A DNA stretch of 44,728 nucleotides, counting the filler, from Jimgerdemannia flammicorona (taxonomy: Eukaryota), in NCBI GenBank assembly GCA_003990765.1. It is 2 parts of 2 records of this genome, joined end to end, with 100 filler letters (N's around TTAATTAATTAA, not from the genome) between each part and the next. Parts side by side here need not be neighbours in the genome. Positions count along the whole stretch, not along the records: positions 22,416 to 44,728 come from RBNJ01001305.1; 1 more part is not named here. The stretch is one strand, 5' to 3'. The position numbers and the translations under genes are program-made. Below are positions 34,880-44,728 of the stretch, piece by piece (the stretch's first letter is position 1; every line of letters starts with the position of its first letter). Below the pieces are notes generated by a model. That model saw only the letters and a list, made by a program, of their open reading frames with translations, did no database searches and was not told the origin of the DNA.

Positions 34880-37800
34880 GTCCCCAACCCCGCCACCAGC
34901 TATTCAAAATGTCCAATAGCAACCATTCCCATCATGCCACCTTGTCCCCAACCCCAACCTGATGCCCTTCCTCAAAAACATAAACCCAATACCCAGCCAA
35001 CCCAACCCACATAGCCAAAGCCCAACCAAGGGTCAGCCATTTGTCTCCAACCCCACCCACCAGTCACTGGCAGAGCTCTCCCTATCTCCCCCCACCCTCT
35101 CCCTCTAAGGCACCCTGCCCTACCCAGTCTATAATACATCTCCAAAACTCCTCTAAAACCTCACACTCACTAAGCCAATGTTCAGGCGTTTGTACCACTC
35201 CTCCCTCCTGGCCAATGTTGAAACAATCCTCACACTCAAATACTCCACCATCTACCAAGTGTCCAGACTGATAGTTCAACATCACATTCCACCATAGGAC
35301 ATGCCACCACACCACCCAGAACTTGGGGGGCAGCCACTGCCTCACCCTTTTGCTCCAAAGCCAGAGTCCATGCCAATCCCACTCCTCACCAATTCCAACC
35401 CTCTGCCAGGCTTCAGGCCACAGGTCTCCACCTAGGTCTCACAGATACTCCAGACCCTCACCAAGCTGAAAGTTCTCCACCAGAACACCACCCAGTAGAA
35501 GCCTGTCTCACCGCCACATCCATGGTCCCCAATCCTCCTTGGCTTCATCACCTTGCCACCGAAGCCCAATTTTCTTAGCGCCATCCACCACCTCTCACCA
35601 GAAGCCTGTAAACTGCATCCTCCTGCTCCCCTCCATGGCCACCATCATGAGCAGGTCACCTGAGTCATCATGTGGGGAGTACCGAACCTCCCACAACCTC
35701 TGCATGAGTGGCACCCACTCCCGACCCTGAAGCTCACTCACCTGCTACAACCACCAAGCTCTCAGACATATAAGCCACTTAGTAAAGTCCACTAAGCCCA
35801 GCCCACCTCTTTCCAAGAGCAGTGTGAGCACCTCCCAATCAACCTGGCTTCACCGCCCTCACCAGATCCATGACCTCGCCATCCTCAACAACCCCTTGAC
35901 CACCTAGGTTGGGAAATCCAAATGATATCCCACATACCACAGCTTCGGCATCTAATACACATTCAGCACCATCACCCTACTGGCTAGGGACATATGCTGG
36001 CCTCTATATTACAGCAGAACATTTCCCACTCCAGAAGCTAATGGTCCCACCATGCCTGGGGAAGAAGAGACCCAAATACCGAGAAGTAGATCTCCAAATA
36101 TTGTACTGGTTCACCAGCTGGTACCACTGTCCCAATGACATCACCCCCAACAATTCCAGCACCTAGCACCAGAGTCTCACATTTGTGCCAGTTTAGTTTA
36201 GCACCAGAACCCCTCTCATACCAGTCCACAGACCTCTGTAACTCCCCCACATCCACCAAGGAGCCCAGCTCGACCACCATATCATCAGCAAAGGCCCCCA
36301 CCTTCCAATTAATCCCTAAAATGTCCAAACCCCCAATCTGCTGCTGAAGTCTGTCCAGTAGAGGCTCCAGGGAAAGGGCATACAATATGGGCAATAATGG
36401 GTCCCCTTGTGGTACCCCATGTCCCAGGGGAAACATCTCCCCCCTGTGGCCATTGATGACCAATGCTGCCTGACTGTCCTCCAGGAGGCCAATTAATGAT
36501 CCTCGAAACCCTGGGGGAATACCGATTTATTTCAACACTCCCTCCAGCCATATCCTCTACACTCTATCATAGGCCTTCTCTTGTTCCAGAAATACCAATC
36601 TGCCATCCATCTCTATTGCCCGGATACCTTCAATCACTCCATGAACCCAAGCTGTTCTATCTCAAATCAACCAACTATCAACAAACCCATGCTGCTCCAC
36701 ACCAAGCACCTGCTGAGTGATTCCTTGCAGCCTCATCACTAAGATCTTTGTCACCAGTTTGCGGTCCATGTTGAGAAGCATAATTGGCTGCCAGTTCTTC
36801 CAGTCCTCTTGCCTCCTCTTATTCTTGTAGAGGCCCCAAGCTCTGTCCCCCAATCCAAGCACCAGACCGAAGAACTCCATCACACATAGCAGTCATTTCC
36901 TCTAGCACCTTGCCCACCCCAGCCATCTTCTGCCAAAAATCCCAGGGAAGTCCATCCTCTCCTGGGGCTGTCCCCTTACACATTGCAGCCACAACTCTGC
37001 AAATTTCCTCACCACTCACCAGATCCTCCAATGCCCTAAGTCTCATTGTAGGGTCTGGGTACCAATCCCCCAGCTGTCTTTCAACATCCAGAGCATCCAT
37101 TCCGCCTTTCTCCTCACTCCATAGATTCTCCCACCAGATTCTCAATAGGCCCAGAATCACCAGAGTCCCCACCACCAGCTCGCTGTTCTCATCCAGAACT
37201 CCCTCCCACTGCTGTTTTGTTTGTCATGCTTATAACAACCACATCAAAAACCTAGTAGGCCTCTCCCCCTCCTCAAGCCCCTGCCACCGCAGTCAGACCA
37301 CCATGCCCTATATCTTCACCTCTTCCTTTCTTTGCAACACTCCTTTAAGCTCCTCTACCTCCTGCCAGATTCTCACAATACACCAATCCATCAAGTCCCC
37401 ATCGTCCTGCACATCTGTCCATCTCTCCATGAGTGCAGCCAGATGCTGCGAGGCCCACAACATCCTCTGCCTTCACTGAGCATACTTTCCTTTCCCTGCC
37501 TCCCTCCAATACCCCTGAGCATTTGCCTTCAATCATCACCAGTGGTCCTCAATCCCAAGGCCTTGTTCCCACCACCTACTAATATTTCCCACCACCTCCT
37601 TTTCCCAACCCTTCCACAACATCCTGTCCTCTAACAAGGAAGAATTTAGCTGCCAATGTCCAGACCCATCCTCATTTCCCCCAAACCTCTCCCCTCCAAG
37701 CAGTCCCCAGTGATCAGACCATGGACACCATACTACTTCCAGTGCCAACCAGACATCTGCTCCCCAACACTCAGCCATCAGAACCCAGTCAATCCTGGAG

Positions 37801-38390
37801 CCCAGCCCTGCCACCCAGTGGGTGTATGCCCACCATTTGGCCCAAAAATGTCTTCCCGAGTCCACTAAAGCACACAATCTCTCTGTCTCTATCCAGTCCC
37901 CCAACCCACCACTTTCGCTCCGCATGCCTCTCCCTCCATCTGTTCTATCCATCTCCTTATCCCATATCATATTGAAGTCACCCCCCATACAGTCCAGCCC
38001 AACTTCCCCCAATACACCAGCCTCTTTCAATCCGTGAATCCAATCCACCCTCTCCCCTCTCTCAGCTGGGCAGTAACAAGACCCAACTGTCAACAAGCCC
38101 CAACCAGGCCTCCTCCACCTACCCCATACCACCCAAGACCCCCAATGTCCAACGTCCTCAATGTCCCCCATCCCTTTTCGAATGAGAATACACACTTTCC
38201 CCCTCTATACTGCTGCACCCCCCCATTCCTTAGTCCAATCCTGTAAGTCCACATCTGCCTCATAACGAACATCCTGTAACAAGAAGAGGTCCACATCCAG
38301 TCCCTTAAGCTATCCAAAAATATACTTCCTCCTAGCTGCCCCCTGTAGCCCATTAACATTCAACGAGAATATCTTAGTTGTACTGTTCAT
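34880..38390 (-). pseudogene. LINE ORF2 (APE + RT + CCHC); 3' end approximate
   Basis: LFLLQDVR, MGGDFN, SRIDWVL, WSDHW, APGEDGLP, VPQGDPLLPILY, AFADD, CEDC..EHWLSEC. Confidence 0.9.
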
Positions 38391-38421
38391 ATTGAAAAAA
38401 TGTTGCAATAGAGACCCCAGC

Positions 38422-40349
38422 CTAGAATTCTATGCTCATCTCATCCCCAGTCAGATCCAAGCACTGTTCAGCTTCCAAGTCACCCTCCACATTAGCCTGA
38501 GCATCCAGTGCCTCCAAGATTTCCTGGCATTCCACCCCATCCACTATCTCTATATCCAACCAGTAGTCCAAGCAGACTGCATGCCACTTCTCCAGTCCTT
38601 TTCTTGCATTCCACAAGAAAGTTGCCCTATCACTCGCAATCTTCCTAAGTTCCTCCTCCCACTGATCATCAACTTAATATTTAACCAACTCCAGGAGGAC
38701 AGCTAGGATCTCATTCCTCATCTTCCTTGGCACCTCCTCTCCCTGAAGGATCTCCTCCCAGTACCTCTCTTCCATCACTCTGAAGTCCTCACCCCCCAGT
38801 TCTTCTACCACAACCCCTTCCAGGGTCTTCCACATCCACTTCTCCTCATCTACAGCCTCCACTACACTCTGAGCAATTTGTCCCCCATTTACCTCAGGTT
38901 CCACCAGCATGCTCCTCCTCACTAACTCATCCCATTTCTCATCTGGCACATCCAGCAGCTCCTCCTCTCCCTCAGCTCCACCCGGGACACTATACTGAGG
39001 GTACACACCCTCACCCATTTTGGCATCTGCCTCCAAATCACCTTCCCTTTCCACCCCCACTCCAATCTGCATCTCACCCTGGGCCATTTCTCCCCCCTCA
39101 GCCCAGGTGCTCTCCTACAACCCTGCAACTCCCTCTCCTGAGCTACCACCAGCCCCACCCCCACCCAACTTCGCCAGCAGCTCCTTCTGGATTCTCCTCC
39201 CCTGCAACTTCTCCCAGGCCCCCTTCTCCATCTAGACCCTCTTCCCATCCACCTTCCCCACCACCATCCTGGCATCAAACTCCTTCCAGGCCAATCTCCT
39301 CCTTGCAACCATCCCTTCCAGATCCTCCAGTGCCTCCAATAGGTCCTCCTCCTCCTCCTGGGTCCCCTTCACCCTTGTGACCTTACACTCCACCTGTCCC
39401 CACCTCAGTGCCACTGGCCAGTCCCTTGACTTCCTCATATTCTCCTTCTCAGCCAGCCTCACTCTGATATTGACATCACCAGTCCTAAGCTCCATGCTCT
39501 CCCAGACCTTGAACCCAACATCTACAATCTCTCCATACTCCTTGATCACCTCCACAACCAACTCCCTGGTCCTCTCCTTTGACACAGTAGGGAGATCCAA
39601 TACTGTCAACTATACCACTCAGGGGTCCCAGCACATGCACCAGGCCATAGGGACCACAACCCTGCCAACCATCACCCCCTTCTCCATGGCTGTCAACAAG
39701 GCATCTTTCTCCTCAAATCCCACCTTGACCCCTTCCTTTCCCCTCAAAAACTTCACTGATGCAGCTCCCTTAGCCTCCTGTGCCACCAGCCCCAAAATCA
39801 TCCTTGCTGTTACTGCCAAGCCCTGGAAGCACATCATGACCACGAATTCTGACCTCGACTTCTTGAGTAATGGGGCCGACACTATGCCTGTCACTCTATC
39901 TGCCAGGTCCCTGGACCTCATGCCCACTCCTAGTCCTGAATTGTCAACTGCCGTCACATCTGGATTTTTGGCCAGATCTCCAGTCACAGTCTCATCAATA
40001 GTCACATCTCTAGCCCCTACTCCTGCTCCTCCCCTGCCACCTGAGACTCCCCTGGATATACCTCCCTGTCCTCCAGCAGCAGCCATCGATGCCTTCCCCA
40101 GCCCAGCCAACCATCTAGGCCCAAGGCCATCTTCTCCATTTGGACCTTGTCAGTGAAGGTCGACCTCTCCCCACCTCTCTGCCTCAGCCTGCCCCTCCCT
40201 CTACCACCAGGACCTTAGCTAGCCATCAAGGCCCCCAGCATCTCCAAACCATCTCCACTCCTCCCTACCTACTGCCAGCCAAAGGTGCCAGCACCCCCCT
40301 AGCCAGTATGCTCACCAGTTTGATCATTGCCATCTATGTTGATAGTCAT
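38422..40349 (-). pseudogene. LINE ORF1
   Basis: ORF-track pieces 39619-40110, 39232-39609, 38674-39087 and 38422-38616 are closely similar to the 22695-24612 copy. Confidence 0.8.
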
Positions 40350-41154
40350 TGAACACTGAAAACATAGTGAAAAGTATTGTCTAAGTCTTGTATCACCCAA
40401 ATGTTACCAGTGAAAAATGATCGAACACATCCACTTCCTTGATATACTTCTCTACAAACTCCTCAAGTATTGCCTAGAACTAGCTATCAGCTATAATTGC
40501 CATTGGTAGGCCTAGAGGTTCTGCTCAACTCCTGTAGCAATTCTCTATTTATAGAAACATCAGAGGTGACCTCTACTAATTCATTCTCCTTAGAGACCTT
40601 TTTCAGCTATACCACCTTGCTAGCCTCAGGATATTCCCAGTAAATATTCACAGCCCTAACTATATGAGCATCCTCTACTGATGTCTCAGAGACCATCTCA
40701 ATGACCTCCTCAAAACCCCCCTCTCTTACCTCCTCCTTATCAGTCTACTTTCTCTTCACTAATATATATAAAGAGTCACCTATACCCCCTAGCTGCAAGA
40801 AGGACACCTCAGCTACCTCTACTCCTTTCATTCTATTCTAGTCAATTTCAGCCCTTATGGCCTCCTCCTCAGCAGACCCCTACAACACAGCCTGCAAATG
40901 CTCCTAATTCTCCTTAAGCCACTATCTCCTCTTCCTATCTGCCTAAATCCAGACCCAGTCTATCATGAACTCTTTCTACTTTCTTTTTTGCAAAGCCTTC
41001 ACCTTCTCTCTCTCCTCTAGAGTAATTAGCAACTCTTCTTCTTTCTGTTTGAATACTTTCCTCCTCCTGATTCAGTACTTCTGCTCTTTAACTTAAATAA
41101 TCTCTAGTCAGTCCTATTCTACCCTATCACCTCCTTCTTTTCTAACTATACCAT

Positions 41155-43222
41155 TATAAGGGGGTTACTTTTTGGGGTAACTATTATGTAGTTCTAGAAA
41201 GGTTTTCTGGATATTCTGGGTATTCTGGAAGACCATTTTCTTATGGTCAAGATCAATTTCGTATAGAGTACATCCTCTACACTTATTGATTTCAAGATCA
41301 GGTTGATGTCTTAACCAAAGTCCTTTTTTGGACTAGTTCTGGATGTTCAGGATTTTCCGTATTTCAGGAAGTTCAAGAAACTAAGACCAGCTTAGTTGAA
41401 TTGGTGTATCGCTGCAGACAATACTCAATTAGGAAATTTCGTGATGGAGTTAGGAGTAGGACCTAACAGGAAGCAGATTTACTTAAGAGTGGTTTGTGGG
41501 TTATGGAATAGGTTTATTTGCTATTCATGATATTGCTATACTAGGAGTATTTGTATGAAGGGGTATTGTGGGGAAGTATTCAGGAATGTTCTTGTGTGTT
41601 TGAGTCTGAGATTCTGAGGTCTGGGGGAGGGGGTATTTATACTAGTGAGGGGCTATCTGGACTATGCTAGATATGGATGTAGCACTAAGTGCTTTTCTGA
41701 GTCAGAATGCAGTCACATAGTACAAGTGTGATCTGACATGTCAAGAGATCGTCTGACTGCTGAGTCAGTTCACAGTCACATTGTACAATGCTAATCGAAC
41801 TATACTATGACTGCTAGGCTATTTATGGGATTAGGCACTGTCTGGATAGTCTTCGATGACATCACCATCAATTGCATCATCTCTGATGAAGTAGTCATCT
41901 AGGAAGAGTGGTTCGCAGATTACTTCTCCTTGTTCACTGAGGTAATACATAGTACATTGGAACTTTGTCTCCGTCCCACAGGATAGCATCATCTGTCTCG
42001 TATGCTGGGTAAGGTGTTGGTGGGTAAAGGATGGGTGTATTGTCTTCACTTTCGTCAGATTCACTGTCTGCATACCTTCTATAGGTTATGGCACTATGAG
42101 TTGCAGGATTGTAGTAAGCTGGTGGCTGTGGTTCATATCGCTCATACTCAGGTAGTGGAGTGGTTGATTCAATCTCGAGGGTTGTCTGGAGGTACAGGTT
42201 GTATTCTCCGGTTTCTTCATTGTAGTTAAAGTAAACAGGAGTGAATACGGGTTGGTATTTGTGCCAGTGGTCATTGTCCCAGTAAGCCTCATATATAGTT
42301 ATGAACTGTTGTAAGTTCATTGGCAAGGTTGGCGGAGTGATCAGGGTTGGCAGAGATCCTTGGCTAGAGGTCATGTCAGCATCAGAGGGATCATTATCTT
42401 CTGCTTCATCTTCAACAAAGTGGATTATATCATAGATGTCCTTCATGGCATATCCAACTTGAGGCATTTGCAGGATGTGATCATTGGGGTATGGGAAGGT
42501 TCTGTCTGTGGTCTCGATGTACTTGAGGTACTTGTGGTTGAGTTCTTGTATTATGTCATCGATTTGGCCATAGGACAGAGTAGTAACCATTTCAGCTGTG
42601 GTAACTCGGAGGCGGGGAATAAAGGTACTATACTCATAGAAGAGTTCTCAATGTTTGCGGGTGATGAGCTTCTGGTGTTGAGACATCTGGGTAATGTCTG
42701 TATCATGGTGGTGTTCGACCATGTCTTCCAGGAGGTGGCCAATCTGGTAGTAGCTTGAGATTTGTCTGATTCGGTAGGCCTTGCTAAGCATGTTCAGAGC
42801 ATTCCATCAGGCTTCCACGAAGTAGAGTGGTACCAGGCTATGGATATTCATGAGGGGCAGAGGGGGTGTGGCTCAGTTGACCATGGCATTCCAAATGTCA
42901 GCATGGATACAGTTGTAGATCTCTGTGGTCATGTTTGTGTATTTGGAAGTTGTGGTTGTTTGTTTGTTTTTGGTTTTCTGATTTGATGTGTCTCAGTACT
43001 CGGTATATATGCATTTAGTCCTGATTGGTAAGATTCTGTTTGTGTAAATCTTGTGTTCCGTGACTTCGTATTGACTCAGCTTTGTGCACTGTGACTTTGG
43101 TTTGACTCAGCTTTGTGATCAAGCAGGTGATTTCCAGATCTGTTTGGAGGTCGCATGTGATTTCAGTGGCTTGTTCAGAGGGTGATATATAATTTCAGTG
43201 GCCTGGAGGTTGTGCACTTACA
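41155..43222 (-). mobile_element. Solo LTR, family B (2068 bp)
   Basis: Termini TATAAG (=TGTAAG) ... CTTACA; perfect 5-bp TSD ACCAT at 41150-41154 and 43223-43227. No gag or pol inside. TATAAATACC on the minus strand at 41632-41641. Confidence 0.9.
41831..42932 (-). pseudogene. LTR-B-encoded ORF (~364 aa when repaired), unknown function
   Basis: ATG at 42932. One frame with three TGA codons (42873, 42807, 42648; consistent with CGA->TGA) joins the 218-aa ORF 41934-42590. A 7-bp near-duplication ATGTACT/ATGTATT (41957-41944) shifts to the frame ending at 41831. Confidence 0.85.
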
Positions 43223-44728
43223 ACCATTGTCTCATAATTGCCATTTCTCAGCTTTATGCTCTTCTAGAATATGAAATCAAAATCCACCATCTTATCAGAA
43301 TCTTCCAGAGCCTTAGTCATCTCCTACCTGCTCAGTGTCAGTAACTCTTCAACGACCAGATGCATCACACATAGGTCCTACCTCAAGTATCTTGCAATCT
43401 CCACCTTGACATTCCTGACCATCACCCCTTTCTTCAGAACTTTCACTATTACATCCTTCTCAACAAAACCAATCTCAACTATCTCTACTAATAGAATAAA
43501 TCTCAATAACTATATCTCAGCAATTTTCTCATTCACTTATCTCAGAACTTCTCTGGCTGACAGCTCTAGCTCCAGGAAGTTGGCAGAAATTATCTATGTT
43601 AATACTAACTTATAAAAGAATAGATATACTACCAGTTTTCTAGTTCTAGCTATCAAAGTCATCCTGCTCTTATCTTCTAAAACTCTAGCTACTACCTCTT
43701 TAGCTATCACTACTCTACCAGCAGTCATACTACTAGCCACCAACTCAGCCCTAGGAAAACCAGTCTCAGCAGTCCTACTACCAGACCTCTGACCCTTGAT
43801 AGGCATCTGATCAGTCATCTGACTCATTACCTAACTCTCTCTCCTATTAATACTATATCTCTCCAACACTCCAACTATAGGCCTAGAGACTGCTCTTCTG
43901 TTCTCTACTATAGTATATCAGCCATTTACTTCAGTAGCTCATCTCTGATTACTAGTTCTTTTTACTACATCTCCAGCTCCAGCAGTAGTAGTAAAAATCT
44001 TAAAAAGGTTCAGACCAGGCTTCCTTCTCTCTAAGCACTCAGAGCCCAAGAAACTTTAGCTTTTCATAGTACTAAAACTTGACAAATTTCAATAAAACTT
44101 ATTATATATTTTAGCTAGACTTCTACTATATCTAGTATATTAGTATAAGTAAAGTAAAAACTTGAAAATATATTTTTTTTGCAAAAAGATATCTGAGTAG
44201 CTTAGCTTACTTTAAGTAGTTTGAGCAAAAGAAGTCTCTACATACTATAAATACTCCACTATACTATATAGATATAATAAGGTACTTAGTATACATTTTA
44301 AGACCAAGAGCTAGTGATATAGTATTCTATATTCTGAGAGTATATATAGTTTCAGATCTGTTTGCTTTGAGAATATATCTAGTGCTAACTATTTGGCTAA
44401 TTAGGAGATAATTGCTGTAATCAAAGAGGCTGTTAATATGGGTTAGTTTAGTAAAATGAGGTGGCTGTTATATAAATATCTCTCTGATTTGATAAAATAA
44501 AGTATAGAGTTAATCTTGGCAATATATATCAGAAGTATAAATATATATTTTGACTTATTAGAGTTTAGCTAAGCCACCTATATTTAATGATAAGAATAAT
44601 AATTAATATATAAAAGTATATACTCATCTCTTTCTCTACTATTATATCAGTTACAAGATTTTGGTAGACAATCTTCCAAGTTCCTTTTTTATAACTTTTA
44701 CTAAGTAAGTTTACTATACCTATTTTTT

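Larger units (their letters stand above)
34653..40423 (-). mobile_element. Full-length L1/Tx1-like LINE with poly(A) and TSD
   Basis: T-tract 34653-34672; TSD AACACATCTAC(TT) at 34642 / AACACATCCACTT at 40424-40436; ORF1 and ORF2 remnants. Confidence 0.93.
30052..44100 (-). mobile_element. Old, divergent L1/Tx1-like LINE split by three insertions (segments ~30052-30749, 31348-34652, 40424-41154, 43223-~44100)
   Basis: Its 3' end ATAGTCACTTAGACTTCTTTATT resembles that at 34673. WKLGAFADNIIVG at ~32220-32265, LLQNV at ~34235-34250, ORF2 start near 34353, ORF1-like remnants in the right-hand segments. 5' limit approximate. Confidence 0.8.

Noticed and set aside
16568..40352. Many Pro/Ser-rich ORFs antisense to the LINEs (e.g. 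22958-23740, 39377-40156)
   Set aside because: Shadow frames caused by the C-rich antisense strand, which has few stop codons.

Overview
Eukaryotic, most likely fungal, DNA. An early-diverging lineage such as Mucoromycota is inferred from gene style but not proven. There is one intact host gene, a 10-exon class I SAM-dependent methyltransferase (minus strand, 2973-5041, 376 aa), inside a CpG-normal unique block (~2.0-8.7 kb). The rest is nested, mutated transposons: five L1/Tx1-like LINE copies, a truncated Ty3/Gypsy gag-protease element, a Gypsy integrase relic, a hAT-type MITE and five LTR copies from three LTR families. An artificial 100-bp gap with a TTAATTAATTAA linker sits at 22316-22415. 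Main discovery: all three LTR families (1.3-2.1 kb long, no recognisable nucleotide alignment between families) carry a sense-strand gene inside the LTR. Each gene has its own upstream TATA box, and the three proteins share a gaplessly alignable domain (YxIGxL[LI] ... [KR]xxx[IL]Fx6[IL]xxLx10L[ST]), with acidic tails in families A and B. Solo LTRs are therefore self-contained gene cassettes. The repeats also show CpG loss and RIP-like CpA/TpG->TpA change.
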